Source of the DNA: an uncultured virus (IMG/VR IMGVR_UViG_3300001682_000595)
Taxonomy: Duplodnaviria > Heunggongvirae > Uroviricota > Caudoviricetes
Strand: one strand, 5' to 3'
Virus record (IMG/VR): IMGVR_UViG_3300001682_000595
Length of the DNA stretch: 64,000 nucleotides
A program made the position numbers and the translations under genes. Shown here piece after piece: positions 1-10,881 of the stretch. Position 1 is the stretch's first letter, and every line of letters begins with the position of its first letter. The notes under the pieces are model-generated. The model saw nothing but the letters and a program-made list of their open reading frames with translations, was not told the DNA's origin and did no database searches.

Positions 1-853
1 TCTGCAGGAGCTTGCCCGACAGCGCGGCGGCGTTGGCGGCGTCAATCTCCTTGCCCTTAAGGGAAAGCGCCATATCGTCCTTCATGGTTTGGTAGTGTCT
101 TTCTTCGGCGGGCGACATCCGCACGGACACTTCGTTCATCACCAGTTCCGGCAGTTTCAGGTGATCCGTGTTCTTCATGCTGATGGTGATGTCGGAAATT
201 TGGCGGTAGATTTTCTTCTCCGCGCCGGGCAGGGGCTTGTATGAGAACACAATCTGGCCGTTGCGCTTGTCCGGGGCGAAGTAGTCCGCGCGGTATTTTC
301 CGATGAACCTTCCCAGCCGCTGCCCCATATCCAGAAGCCGGAACTCCGCCCACAGGTCCATGAGGCCGTTTGCCGACGGCGTTCCGGTAAGCCCCACGAT
401 CCTCCTGACGGACGGCCTCACTTTCAGCAGGCTTTTGAACCGTTTTGCCTGATGCGACTTGAAAGACGACAGCTCGTCGATGACCACCATGTCGTAGTCG
501 AAGGGAAGCCCGCTTCTGCAAACGAGCCACTCGACGTTCTCCCGGTTGATGATGTAGACCTGCGCCTTTTGCAGCAGGGCGGATTTCCGCTGCCTTTCCG
601 AGCCCACGGCGACGGCGTATTTCAGCCCACGCAGGTGATCCCATTTCTCGATCTCCCATGTGTCGGCTGCGACTCTTAGGGGAGCGATGACGAGAACCTT
701 GCGGATAAGGAAGCTGTCCAGTGTGAGGTCGAAGATGGCGGTCAGCGCGATAACGCTTTTGCCAAGCCCGCATTCGAGAAATATCGCCGATACGGGATGC
801 TCAAGGATGTAATCCGTGGCGAATGTCTGGTATTCATGAGGGCTGTATTTCAC
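1..853 (-). CDS. SNF2-family phage helicase (runs off window edge)
   Basis: Manual translation from GTG at 853: KYSPHEYQ...ECGLGKSV (Walker A-like), VVIDELSSFK (Walker B), GLTGTPSANG; open to position 1. Confidence 0.9.
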   Translation of the reverse strand, partial: MKYSPHEYQTFATDYILEHPVSAIFLECGLGKSVIALTAIFDLTLDSFLIRKVLVIAPLRVAADTWEIEKWDHLRGLKYAVAVGSERQRKSALLQKAQVYIINRENVEWLVCRSGLPFDYDMVVIDELSSFKSHQAKRFKSLLKVRPSVRRIVGLTGTPSANGLMDLWAEFRLLDMGQRLGRFIGKYRADYFAPDKRNGQIVFSYKPLPGAEKKIYRQISDITISMKNTDHLKLPELVMNEVSVRMSPAEERHYQTMKDDMALSLKGKEIDAANAAALSGKLLQ

Positions 854-1089
854 TGAGCATTCCTCCGATCTGTCCGGCGTCGTCCAGGCAATACACCCGA
901 AACCCTAACGCTTCCAGTTGCCCTTTCCGCTTTATCTGCAAGGGGCGCATAACCTTTCCGGGCGCTTTCACCTCGGCAAAAGCGATTCTGCCGCCGGGCA
1001 GCAGCAACAGGCGGTCGGGCATCCCGTCGCATCCGGGCGACATGACTGACCGCCTGTACCAGTTTTTGTTCTATGTGTTTTTCTCGCAT
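834..1089 (-). pseudogene. VRR-NUC domain nuclease, frameshifted by a small deletion near 1045
   Basis: N-terminus MREKHIEQKLVQAV is in one frame and MSPGCDGMPDRLLLLPGG..AEVKAPG..LQ in another; the usual linker is missing. Confidence 0.8.
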
Positions 1090-1107
1090 GCAGATCTCCT
1101 TTTTCGA

Positions 1108-1315
1108 TTGCCCAACTTGCCGATTTTTCCTATAAATCTTACGCGCGCGTATATACGCGTGCCCATTGCCCTTATTACTATTAAAATAAGATTTAATAGG
1201 ATGAACATCGGCAATATGGGCAATGGCATTGTCAAAACGCCGGTTTGTCGGGGGCTTGCGGCCTTGCCGATGGTCCTTGCCGATGCCGCCGTGGGCAATG
1301 TCGGGCAATGTCCTT
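1108..1315. other. putative phage replication origin (iteron-like TTGCC/GGCAA repeats around an AT-rich core)
   Basis: Many TTGCC/GGCAA(T) copies in both orientations flank ttattactattaaaataagatttaata, directly downstream of the primase gene. Confidence 0.5.
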
Positions 1316-1319
1316 GTGT

Positions 1320-3653
1320 TCATTCCGGCCTTACGAACACGCGCTGAACGCCGTACATGGGCACAGCTTTTTTGCCGGTCTTATTGCCGTCGTATTTCTC
1401 CCAGCCGCCGATCCGGCTTAAGATGCCCTCGATCTCGTAGGAATCCGACTTTTTGATGGACTCGCGGGGTTTCCCAAAACACTCGCACCAAATCTCCATT
1501 ACGCAGACTTGAGAACGCCGAACCGTGCCTTTTGCCCGCGTAGGGTCGTCCGGCCAACGGAAGTATTCGAGTCTGCGGCAGATGTCCATCGTGTCCCAGT
1601 TGTCAGGCAGAAGTGTGTCGAGGTACTCCGCCACAAGGCCCTCACGGTCGTCGTTCTCCATAGCGTCGCGCTGCTCGGCGTCTCCATAGCGTCGCGCTGC
1701 TCGGCGAACGCCGCTTCAGCGACGTCTCCTTTGAGAAACAATTCCTCACCCTCGGCGTACATGGCCAGGGCTTCCGCCCAAATCTGGTCAATGTCCGTGA
1801 GTTCCCAGGCACGGTACTTGCCCTCGCCCGAAACCCGTACGGGCCAGAAGCGGCGGTTGCCGGTGATGTCGCGCAGGAAGCCGCCGTCGCTGTTGGTCGT
1901 GCCGACGATGACGCACTGGCGCGGGTGGCTTTCGACCGCCCGGCCGTAAGAGGGCCGGTATTTGTCGTCGGTGCGGGTGATGAAGGACTTTACCGTTTCC
2001 ACGTCCATCTTTTTGATGCCCGCAAGCTCGCCGAGTTCGAGTATCCAGTAACCCTGCAGCTTTTCCGGCGCGGTCTTGTCCTTCATGTCCGATATGGAGA
2101 GGCTGTCGGAGTACCACTGCTGTCCGAGCTTCGAGACCCTGTCTGCCGTTCAGTACGAGGATGGAGTCGTGCTTCGTACCCGGATTCAAGATTCGGGCTA
2201 CGGCGGCAACAAGTGTCTTTCGTGTGACGGCTCTGGTATAGGGCGAGTCCTCCGCGCCGAGATAGTCGACGAGCAGCGTATCGACACGGGGAACCTTGTC
2301 CCACGGAGGCAGGCCGCTTAGGTATTCCCGTATCGGATGGTAGGCGCGGTCGTCCGCCACCTTGGTCAAAGCAAGCTCGTAGTTGCGTGCTGAAAAGGCG
2401 CCGTAGCGTTTGTCGATATAGGCGACAAGCTGCGCGGTGTCCGCGTCGCGCCAAGGAGAATGGGGCCGATCCCATGGGAGGTTATCGCCGTAAATCTGGT
2501 TTGCCAGCCTATTGTAGCGGATGCCCTTAAGGTTTTCATCATGGTTGAGGATCAGGAGCAGGTTGCCGAGCGTGTTTTTGAGGGCGCCCGACTTTTCCCG
2601 TTCCAGTGCGGCTGCCCAATTGATATCTGCCGAAAAATCATCTTCCGCGGCGGAGATGCGCTCCTTGGCCATAAGAAGTTTTACCTTTTCGTCTTGGGCG
2701 GCAAACGCGCACATCGCCTTGAAGCCTGCCTTTTCGTCCAGATCACCATATTTGTGGATCCGCACAAGGTCAAACGCGTTCAGCAGCTTGCCGCAGGCGG
2801 GGTCGGTGGCGTGGTGGCTGTAGGCAAATTTTCCGTCATAGATGACCAAGCCCGCCGAGGAGTCTGCGGGGATGTAATCGTAGCGCCCGGGTGTCGCCGA
2901 TGGCTCGTACACATCCTTAAGAAAAGTGTCAATGGCTTCTTCTATGGCGTACGCCCTGCAAAACGCGCCGACCGTGCCATCCTTGGCGAGCGGGTCCTGC
3001 TGCTGCCGGATGCCGCGCCGTATCACCTCGGACTGGCGGCTCGATGTCGGCCAGAGCGAGCAATCCCGCCAGTTGGGCAGCCTGGCGAGGTACTCATCGG
3101 GGTCGAGGACATCGTCGTCCATAATTTTGAAAACATACTCCCCGTCTGACGGGGTGGACGGCCAGTACATCAGGCGTTCCGGTTCGTAGGTGCTGTCGTC
3201 GAAGCAGTCCATGCCGATTTCTTCCGCGACCAGGCGGGAGAGCGCGCCGTATTCATCGGGTGTGACGTCGCGAGAAAGTGGGATCACCATGCGGAACCTT
3301 GGGGCCTCCGGCGTATGGCTATGGGTGGAGTAAATTGCGCACCGATGAGGGAATAGCATCTCCACGGTGTCCAAAAAGTCCGCGCCGGCGTGGTCGGCGT
3401 CCAGCGTGAGCCCGGAACGGCTCTCGACGGCGTCTTTCTTGCGCCTTCCGCCTTTCAGGTGTCCGAGGACAAAGCCGCCTACGTCCTTGATTTCGTCCCG
3501 GCGGGCTTTGGGCAGCTTTTTGTATTCTGCCGCCGTTTCCGTGGTGCGTAGGGTAACCTTGAACCGCTCGCATAACTCCTCAAAGGTGATTTTCTTGTTG
3601 ACCCAGCGCTTGGAGAGGCGGCTGTCTCCATGGGCAATTTTTAAGTCCCGCAT
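1320..3653 (-). pseudogene. VirE/virulence-associated E family primase-helicase split into three frames
   Basis: ORFs 1788-3653, 1499-2086 and 1320-1661 form one VirE protein (ELGELAG, DITGNRRFWPV). Deletion at 2135/2136 and a 26-bp tandem duplication at 1655-1706. Confidence 0.85.
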
Positions 3654-3868
3654 TCCGTATATTCCCCCTTGTATTCATCCCTCGCCCAGATAAGGAAGTT
3701 GCCGCGGCAGGTCGTATCGTATTTGCCGCACGTCTTTCCAAACGCGGGGCAAGCGCCGCAACTTAGCACGATAAATCTCCCGTCCGCGATGAATTCCGGC
3801 GTGAGCGTTTGCTTCCAGACATCGAAATTGGTTGGCTTGCGTTCGTCTGCCGTTCGTCTAAACGCCAT
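3641..3868 (-). CDS. small Cys-rich hypothetical protein
   Basis: ATG at 3868 with GAGGAGG RBS; fills the gap between neighbouring operon genes. Confidence 0.55.
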   Translation of the reverse strand: MAFRRTADERKPTNFDVWKQTLTPEFIADGRFIVLSCGACPAFGKTCGKYDTTCRGNFLIWARDEYKGEYTECGT

Positions 3869-4292
3869 TCCCGAATACCTCCTCGCATTGGTCGTTGAAA
3901 TACCTGATCGGCATACCGCGCTTCTTCGCCTTTTCGATTTCCGCAGCCATGGCTTCGCTAAGCCGCTCGCCGAAAACCCACAGTTCGTCGCATTTGCTGA
4001 GCAGGAGGAGGGCAAACTTAAGCCCCAGTGCACGCTGTTCAGGTTGGCTATCGTCCAGAAACTGTGGGTAATACAGGTGCGGCGCAAGGGGGATACAGCC
4101 ACGGCTCACGGCAAACCGGCAGTACGCTCGTGCGCGCGCGGCGTTCCGTTCGGGGTTTCCGGTAAACGGTGACGCAATGTAAACAAGCGGGGGACAGGCC
4201 TTAGCGGCTTTTTCCTCCCGTTCTATATTTAAGAGCGCTTCGTAGGCGGTGGGGTCGTAGTAGCCCTCTGCATTGTATCTGCTGATGTTCAT
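3858..4292 (-). CDS. DUF4406/nucleoside 2-deoxyribosyltransferase-like phage protein
   Basis: VYIASPF..., PLAPHLYYPQFL, CDELWVFG..S..M..EIE.A motifs. Confidence 0.75.
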   Translation of the reverse strand: MNISRYNAEGYYDPTAYEALLNIEREEKAAKACPPLVYIASPFTGNPERNAARARAYCRFAVSRGCIPLAPHLYYPQFLDDSQPEQRALGLKFALLLLSKCDELWVFGERLSEAMAAEIEKAKKRGMPIRYFNDQCEEVFGNGV

Positions 4293-4308
4293 ACGCCAGC
4301 CCCCACTT

Positions 4309-4977
4309 TCATGCCGATATTTCGAGCAGCTTCATCTTGTACCATTCCAGATGACGCTTGCGCTGTTCATAATCCGGTACGGCAACCAGCAAGCCGATAT
4401 CAACCTTCTGCAGCGTTTCCATCATCCTGACATGTTCGTCCGTCAGATAAGGGCGGATGCTGGTGCCTTTTTCAAGGCCGTGTGCCTGTCTGAACTGTTT
4501 TGCCGACATTCCGGTGACAATGCGGTTTATCATGTCGCACTCGTTGCTGAAATGATATGGCTTGGGGTTTTCATGCAGCAGCTTGATATTTTCGGTCAGC
4601 AGCGGGAATTCCTTACGGGCGGTGACGAGCGTTTTGATGAACTGTTCCATTTCGTTAAAGCGCCTAATATACAGCTCCTTGAACCTCATTGCTTTCTGCC
4701 CCGTGTATCCCATGACCAGCATGGTGAAACCGTCGCGGGTCATTGCGTAAGCCGTCTGCTTTCTGTTCCATACGTCCGTATAGGAGGTCGGCAGAAAATT
4801 GAGCCGACCAAAGTCTTCGCTCAGACCGGAATTGGGGGAAAGGATTTTACGAATGTCGGCCAAGACATTCTTGTGCTCCTTTTCAAAAAACTGAGCAACA
4901 AACAGGCTGTCGACCCGTGCAGTGTCGTTGGTATCGGCGAAGACACCGTATTTGTCTTTTGGAATTAATTCCTTCAT
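4309..4977 (-). CDS. Rha family phage regulatory protein
   Basis: DSLFVAQFFEKEHKNVLADI, MTRDGFTMLVMGYTGQKA..FK..YI..FN.ME. Confidence 0.9.
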   Translation of the reverse strand: MKELIPKDKYGVFADTNDTARVDSLFVAQFFEKEHKNVLADIRKILSPNSGLSEDFGRLNFLPTSYTDVWNRKQTAYAMTRDGFTMLVMGYTGQKAMRFKELYIRRFNEMEQFIKTLVTARKEFPLLTENIKLLHENPKPYHFSNECDMINRIVTGMSAKQFRQAHGLEKGTSIRPYLTDEHVRMMETLQKVDIGLLVAVPDYEQRKRHLEWYKMKLLEISA

Positions 4978-5180
4978 CTGTTTCCCTCCAATCTTGACCT
5001 GCTGCATTCCTTGCAGTAAACCGCCGCACCATAAAGATCTCCCTCGCCATCGCTGAACAGTTCCGCAAGGTCAACCCCGACCTTACACCCACAGCCGGGG
5101 CAGGTACAGAACACATTGTCATCGTGGATTTCCACGGTGATCTCAACTGTGTTGTTGATCTTCTCTCTTACATAGAACAT
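4974..5180 (-). CDS. small zinc-finger-like hypothetical protein
   Basis: ATG at 5180 with GGAGG RBS; CPGCG...CKEC. Confidence 0.65.
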   Translation of the reverse strand: MFYVREKINNTVEITVEIHDDNVFCTCPGCGCKVGVDLAELFSDGEGDLYGAAVYCKECSRSRLEGNR

Positions 5181-5259
5181 ATTTGAACCTCCAATCTTGA
5201 AGGCATCATTGCCTTCTAACATCCACAGGACAGGAAAGAGGTTTTTGAGTACTTTTTTG

Positions 5260-7254
5260 TCAGTCCTTTTTATAGAAATATGTTTCGTATCCGTCCGCCC
5301 GAAGTAAAAGACCTTTTGCCCAGGGCGGGGTATGGCCCATTTGTTTGCATACAGCCTCGGTGGACATCCGATGGTCGGCTTCGATAACAATCTCATCGTG
5401 GACGTGCATCACGATGGAGCAATGCCTGAGATTCAGCATGGCATAGCAGAGGATGTCCCGGCTCGTGGCCTGCACGATATTTTCCGTGATTTTCGGGCCA
5501 TAGCTTTCAATCCGTTCCCATTTCTTTGTGCTGCCGACGCCTTTGTAGGTAATGCAGTCTGATCCGAAGCGGTTCTCGCCAATACGCGGCTTCACGTAGG
5601 CAAGGCGCCTGCCGGAAGGGAGAGTTATAAAGAGCATTCCGCTCTGATAGGAAAAGCGGATGCCGTGTGTTTCTGTGGCGGTGCGATCCTTGACCGCTTT
5701 CATAGCGGCACGGTCGATGTCCCACCAAAGCCTCACGATATTGGGGTTTGACGACCTCCAAGCGGAAACAAGTGGTTGAAGTTCTTCCTCTTCAAGCCCC
5801 ATCTCCAACGCTCCCATAGCTTTAAGAGCGCCAACCGATCCGCCGTATCCGAGGGCGAGTTCCGCGATTTTGCCTTTTTGCCGCAGATGGCCGTTGACGC
5901 CGTTCTTTTCCACAGGAACATGGAACATCTGGGAAGCGGAAGCACAGTAGATATCGCCGCCGGATTCAAAGACCTCCTGCCGCCATTTTTCGCCCGCAAG
6001 CCAAGCGATGACCCTCGCTTCTATTGCCGAGAAGTCCGCCACGATGAATTTACAGTTATCTTTAGGTACAAAGGCGGTACGGATGAGTTCCGACAACACC
6101 TCCGGCATGGAGTCGTAGAGCATTTCCAAAGCTGCGAAATTACCGGAACGCACAAGGCTTCGGGCCTGTTCCAGGTCGGGCATGTGGTTCTGGGGCAGGT
6201 TCTGCAATTGTATTAATCTGCCTGCCCATCTGCCAGTCCGGTTGGCTCCGTAAAATTGGAACATCCCGCGGGCGCGCCCGTCGGCGCAGACGGCGTTTTC
6301 CATAGCCGTATATTTCATGACTGATGACTTTGCCAGTGACTGCCTGAGTTCCAGCACCTTACCGAGCGGTTCCGATGCAGTTTTCAAAAGTTCCGCCACA
6401 GCCTTCTTGCCAAGCGTGTCGGTTTCAAGGCCGTGGCCGGAAAGCCACTGCTTCATCTGAACCACGGAGTTGGGATTCTCCAGCTCAGTCAATTCCCGTA
6501 TCATGCCGGTCAGTTTGGAACGGGACCGGTTGTCCATTTCGATGGCTTGACGCACGAAGTCCATATCTAGAGCAACGCCACGGTCGTTTATCTCCTGGTC
6601 GAGGTGATATTCCGCCCAAATGCCATCCGGTACCGGAAACTTTGCCAGCTTTGCTTGGATGGCCATTTCGGCTTCAACATCGCGGCGGTTATATGCCTTG
6701 AATGCCGCCCACTTGTCCGGAGCATGCTCCGGCAGATTGCGAGTGCGGCCACCGTTTGCAGCGGTGGGTTTGCATGGCTGGCAAAAGAAGCGGATAAGGT
6801 CCTTGCCTTCCGTCAGTTTCTGCTTTTCTAATCCCAGAACTGTACCGGCTCCTTCCAAGGAGAGGGGCAGGCCCATGTATGCAGACCAGACCATCGTGCA
6901 GCGCCATGATCGTGGATCAAGATACTGGCCCGCGGGCAGCCCCAGCCATTTTGACAAGCAGATGCGTTCAAACTGGCTATTAAATGCCCATTTAACAACT
7001 GTATCGTCTGTCAGGGCGGCAAGAACCTTGGGCGGGAGATGTTCTCCAGCCGTAAAATCCACAACTTGAACAGCGGAACCGTCCACACTATATCCAAACA
7101 AGAGGATTTCAAAATCCGGTGATTCGCAGTAACGGTAGACACCTGATTTTGTCAAATCTACGGATGAGAATGTTTCCAAATCCACAGACAATTGTTGTAT
7201 TGCCGCAGAGGAAGCAGTGTTTGCTCCCTCTGCGGAATTTAGCCTTGCCCTCAC
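5260..7254 (-). CDS. phage family A DNA polymerase
   Basis: DLETFS exonuclease motif, RTGRWAG, DFSAIEAR, K..EL.LGYG, HVHDE. Confidence 0.95.
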   Translation of the reverse strand: MRARLNSAEGANTASSAAIQQLSVDLETFSSVDLTKSGVYRYCESPDFEILLFGYSVDGSAVQVVDFTAGEHLPPKVLAALTDDTVVKWAFNSQFERICLSKWLGLPAGQYLDPRSWRCTMVWSAYMGLPLSLEGAGTVLGLEKQKLTEGKDLIRFFCQPCKPTAANGGRTRNLPEHAPDKWAAFKAYNRRDVEAEMAIQAKLAKFPVPDGIWAEYHLDQEINDRGVALDMDFVRQAIEMDNRSRSKLTGMIRELTELENPNSVVQMKQWLSGHGLETDTLGKKAVAELLKTASEPLGKVLELRQSLAKSSVMKYTAMENAVCADGRARGMFQFYGANRTGRWAGRLIQLQNLPQNHMPDLEQARSLVRSGNFAALEMLYDSMPEVLSELIRTAFVPKDNCKFIVADFSAIEARVIAWLAGEKWRQEVFESGGDIYCASASQMFHVPVEKNGVNGHLRQKGKIAELALGYGGSVGALKAMGALEMGLEEEELQPLVSAWRSSNPNIVRLWWDIDRAAMKAVKDRTATETHGIRFSYQSGMLFITLPSGRRLAYVKPRIGENRFGSDCITYKGVGSTKKWERIESYGPKITENIVQATSRDILCYAMLNLRHCSIVMHVHDEIVIEADHRMSTEAVCKQMGHTPPWAKGLLLRADGYETYFYKKD

Positions 7255-7838
7255 GAGAGGAAATCCTCATCTGGGTCTGTAGCGAAATCGTCCTCCGCTC
7301 TGGACTTACCGCCGAGAGGTTCGCCATCACGGATTTTTTGCAGATTGTTCAATCCGCAGGCGATGCCCCGATTGCCGTTGCTGTTGAAGGCATAAAAGTT
7401 GATGCTGGCTCTGCCGTAAACGCCGCTGTAGACCTCGGAACGATTAAGGATGGGCTGGCAGTTGGCGTCCACGATGCCGGGGGCTGTTGCGGAGTTGGCG
7501 TTGATGAAGTAGGCGTTTGCATACGCGGGATCGTCCGGCCGTTCGGTGTCTCCGTCACGCAGGGGCGTCTTGATGACGGAAAGGGGCGGTACAGCTTTTC
7601 CGTTTCCTTTCAGCTTTGCTTCGCCTTCATGGTACGCGGCTTCAATGGCGGCTTTGATTTTTGCCACAGTGCGAGTGTCAGACTTGGGGATGATGAGGCT
7701 GACGCTGTACTTAGGCGTGCCGCCGTTGATGGATTTGGGTTCCCAGACGTTGGCGAAAGACCAACGGGTATCCGGGCCGGTGATCACTTTCATCGGGTTT
7801 TGATTGATGCGGTTTGCTTTGGTTGCCTGATTAGCCAT
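7251..7838 (-). CDS. DUF2815 phage ssDNA-binding protein
   Basis: KYSVSLIIPK, LRDGD, VYSGVY, GLNNLQK.RDGEPLGG and acidic tail DEDFLS. Confidence 0.9.
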   Translation of the reverse strand: MANQATKANRINQNPMKVITGPDTRWSFANVWEPKSINGGTPKYSVSLIIPKSDTRTVAKIKAAIEAAYHEGEAKLKGNGKAVPPLSVIKTPLRDGDTERPDDPAYANAYFINANSATAPGIVDANCQPILNRSEVYSGVYGRASINFYAFNSNGNRGIACGLNNLQKIRDGEPLGGKSRAEDDFATDPDEDFLS

Positions 7839-8881
7839 TGTTTGATTCCTCCATAAAATCAAGATTTGCGGTATTCATTGCCNNNNNNNNNNNNNNNNNN
7901 NNNNNNNNNNNNNNNNNNNNNNNNNNNNNNNNNNNNNNNNNNNNNNNNNNNNNNNNNNNNNNNNNNNNNNNNNNNNNNNNNNNNNNNNNNNNNNNNNNNN
8001 NNNNCTTCGACCAACTTCCACCCATTCCATTGCTTGCCTCTTAGCGCAGCCTGCAGAGCGTAGTCCTTGATGTCGTTGGCCCATGAGGTCAGACCGTCGA
8101 TTTTGCCGAGGATGGTTTCGATTTCGTCGTCCGTAAGCAGGGGAGGGAGCTTGAAGTCATACCGGGCGAGCTCCATGTTTCTCTCGGCTCTGGCGCGGCA
8201 GTCGTACTTCGCCTTACAGAACTGGCACCATTCGCCGCAATTGAATTCTCCGGCCCCGGCGTAAGCGAGTTCGGCAGTTGGTTTCAGAACATCCTCAGCC
8301 CATTGGTACAGGGATTCCTTGAACACAGTATGGGTGGACACGTTATCGCGCCTGGGTTGGTAGACGGTCATGGAAACCGTATCGATGTCATAAATGCCGT
8401 CGAATATTTCCAGGGCGCCCAGTGCATACAGCTTCATTTGCGGGTTATCCTCCGCTTTTACCAGAACGCCCTGGCCGTGCTTGTAATCCACAATGTGGAG
8501 CGTCCCATCCGCGATAATCACGCAGTCGTCGGTGCCGAAGCCACCCTCGACGTATTTGGAGAAGTCGAGCCGCTGTTCGATAAGGACGACAGGGTCGGCA
8601 CAGCTTTGTTTTGCCGTTTCCACCAGTTCGAGGATATAGGCGGCATAGCCGTTGGCGCAGTCCTCCATCTCTTCGTTGTAGTAGGTAAGGTCGGCGGTCG
8701 GATCTTTGGCACGAATGCCGAGCGCGGTTTTCAGCTTGTACTCACAGAGCGAGTGAGCGTCCGTGCCTTCGGCGGCATAATCGCTGCTCCTGTCTTCGTA
8801 ATCCTCGCAGAGCCTGGCGGAAGGCGGGCAGTTTAGCCATCTGTGGGATGAGGAAGCCGAAAGGAGAGCGTGTTTACCCAT
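7831..8881 (-). CDS. DUF2800 Cas4-like PD-(D/E)XK nuclease (spans an N gap)
   Basis: HALLSASSSHRWLNCPPS, EGTDAH, IVDYKHG, CQFCKAK..CRAR. Confidence 0.85.
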
Positions 8882-9206
8882 TTCCCAGCACCTCGGCTTC
8901 CGCAAGAAGCGCCGGATATTCTGCAGGGTCGATTTCCGACAGCTTTGCAGCGCGGTGCTTTTCAAGCAGAGCACGCACTTCAGCGGTATGTCCGGCGCGC
9001 GACTTCTCCGCAAGCACGGCCCTGACCGCCTCAAGGGTAATGGGCTTCTCAACCTGTGCAGAGACTTCCGATTTCGGCTGATCCGCGGTCTGAACATCCT
9101 CTTTACCGCTGAACAAATCCGTCAGCGATTCCGATATGCCGATAAGGGCTTCGCCGCAGCGCTTCAGTTCCATGACCGCAAGGGACAGTTCACTCATATT
9201 GCCCAT
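8874..9206 (-). CDS. hypothetical phage protein (conserved in this replication module)
   Basis: ITLEAVRAVLAEKSRAG..KLSEIDP..Y; overlaps its neighbours as in an operon. Confidence 0.75.
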   Translation of the reverse strand: MGNMSELSLAVMELKRCGEALIGISESLTDLFSGKEDVQTADQPKSEVSAQVEKPITLEAVRAVLAEKSRAGHTAEVRALLEKHRAAKLSEIDPAEYPALLAEAEVLGNG

Positions 9207-9372
9207 CCGATTTTCCTCCTTCCGTTTTTTCGCTGTTTTGCCGCGAAAGCGTAGTCAGCTTCCGGGCGAGGCGTTTTGACACCACGCTGATTGCCGTGAG
9301 GACATCCGCCAATTCCTCGTCCATCTCACGGTCACGGCATTCGGTGTCGGTTTGCTTTGCTTGTGTCTCCAT
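9190..9372 (-). CDS. hypothetical phage protein
   Basis: 60 aa ORF with GGAGG RBS, in operon. Confidence 0.6.
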   Translation of the reverse strand: METQAKQTDTECRDREMDEELADVLTAISVVSKRLARKLTTLSRQNSEKTEGGKSDGQYE

Positions 9373-9513
9373 TTTTGAACCTCCGTTCCGAGGGCTGTTT
9401 TCTTTCCCTCACTGTCCACAGGACAGAAGTTGCAAGATTGAGTACCTGTTTTGAAAATTTCTTGTTGCCCTCTGATATCCGCAGGACACCAGAGGGCTAT
9501 TTGAGTACCAAGT

Positions 9514-9990
9514 TTAAATAAAATCTTTCAGGCGTTTTTGGAGCAGTGCGAAGAGCTTTTTTTTCCTGTTGTTGATCGACTTTTGCGACAGGCCGATGGT
9601 GTCTGCGATTTCCCGCTCGGACTTACCCACGGCGTAGAGCTTCATAATTCTGCGGTTTTCTGGGTCCAGTTCCTCCAAGGCTTTGTAAAGCTCTTTGAAA
9701 AGAAGCTTGTCCGCTACAAGTTCGGAGATGTCAATGGTGTCTGCTACATCGAATCCGTCCTCGGCAAACTTGTCCAGCGAGAGGACGCTGCCTGTCCGCT
9801 GTTTGTCGCACTTGCTGCAGTCGCTGGTACATCGTTTTGTGCCACCCTTGCCGTTGCTGATAACACAGCGTTTTTCACGTTCTTTGCGCTTGTGTTCCGC
9901 CCATGCCGGACGCTTGTAAGCGCGGTAACTTTCTTCGGTAACAGTGATTTGCTTTCCATTGATGTGAATGTAACGTTTTTGGTTTTCCAT
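9514..9990 (-). CDS. sigma-70 region 4 (ECF-like) phage transcription factor
   Basis: C-terminal LYKALEELDPENRRI..GKSEREIADTIGLSQKSINNRKKK helix-turn-helix. Confidence 0.85.
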   Translation of the reverse strand: MENQKRYIHINGKQITVTEESYRAYKRPAWAEHKRKEREKRCVISNGKGGTKRCTSDCSKCDKQRTGSVLSLDKFAEDGFDVADTIDISELVADKLLFKELYKALEELDPENRRIMKLYAVGKSEREIADTIGLSQKSINNRKKKLFALLQKRLKDFI

Positions 9991-10142
9991 AAATTGACTC
10001 CTTTGGTTTTCAAATTTTTGAAATCCGCAGGAGCCGAATAAATCCGTAGAACAAAAAACGACGGCCGGGATAGTCCTCTTATATGAGAACTAATCCAGAC
10101 CGTCGTGCAGCTCTGCGGATTCTCTATTCAATTGAATAATGC

Positions 10143-10352
10143 TTACGCTACGCAGAAATGGCTTTCTACATGGAAAGCAGCATCATTTATTCGTGTGACT
10201 ATTGTTACAACGCCTTCACGTTCAATCCTGAACGTTCCTCCGACAGGTATTTGTGTACTGGTTTTGCATCGTTTATATACAACCTCCACAAGTCCTGTGA
10301 CTGCGTTTCCCTTACAGGCAATGCGTCCCTTACAATCTCGAATCTCTTCCAT
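10143..10352 (-). CDS. small hypothetical protein
   Basis: ATG at 10352 preceded by AAAGGAGG. Confidence 0.55.
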   Translation of the reverse strand: MEEIRDCKGRIACKGNAVTGLVEVVYKRCKTSTQIPVGGTFRIEREGVVTIVTRINDAAFHVESHFCVA

Positions 10353-10562
10353 GGGTTGTCCTCCTTTTTGCAAAAAGTACGGCTTGTCTGACCGTCTGTG
10401 TTAATTTTATTGATTCAAACATAATAAGTCCTCAGCCATAACTCCGCTGTCCCTCCGCCGAGGCTCAGCATATTTTGAATTGCCTTATATTTTGAATTGC
10501 CTTTTATCGCCAAAAGAAACTAAGTGTTTGCAAAGGCGGAATTAGCATAATCAAATTAATTA

Positions 10563-10591
10563 TTGAAATTTGCTTAGTAGTTTGCTAAAAT
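10563..10591 (+). promoter_or_regulatory. sigma-A-type promoter for the HTH/defence operon
   Basis: TTGAAA-17 nt-TAAAAT with extended -10 TG. Confidence 0.55.
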
Positions 10592-10638
10592 AATAGAAAC
10601 GCGTCTTTGAATACCGTGTAGTGCTTGGAGGCGATAGA

Positions 10639-10857
10639 ATGGCATTTAGTTATAACAAACTATGGAAACTTTTAATTGATAAAAAGATGATGAAAAAAGA
10701 TTTGATGGCGAAGACGAATTTGACATCGACAACGATGGCGAAGATGAGCAAGGACTTGCCGGTAAGCATGGATGTGTTAGCCAGAATATGTAAGGCACTT
10801 GATGTCAACATTGGCGATATTGTTGACTATGTCGATGATGAGACTCCGACTATCTAA
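10639..10857 (+). CDS. XRE/Cro-C1 type HTH regulator
   Basis: SYNKLWKLLIDK..KKDL....VSMDVLARICKALDVNIGDI. Confidence 0.9.
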   Translation: MAFSYNKLWKLLIDKKMMKKDLMAKTNLTSTTMAKMSKDLPVSMDVLARICKALDVNIGDIVDYVDDETPTI

Positions 10858-10881
10858 ATTTATTGAAAGGGGGCGCAATGT

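Noticed and set aside
7831..8881. DUF2800 as a CRISPR Cas4
   Set aside because: It is a standard member of this phage replication module and no other cas genes are present.
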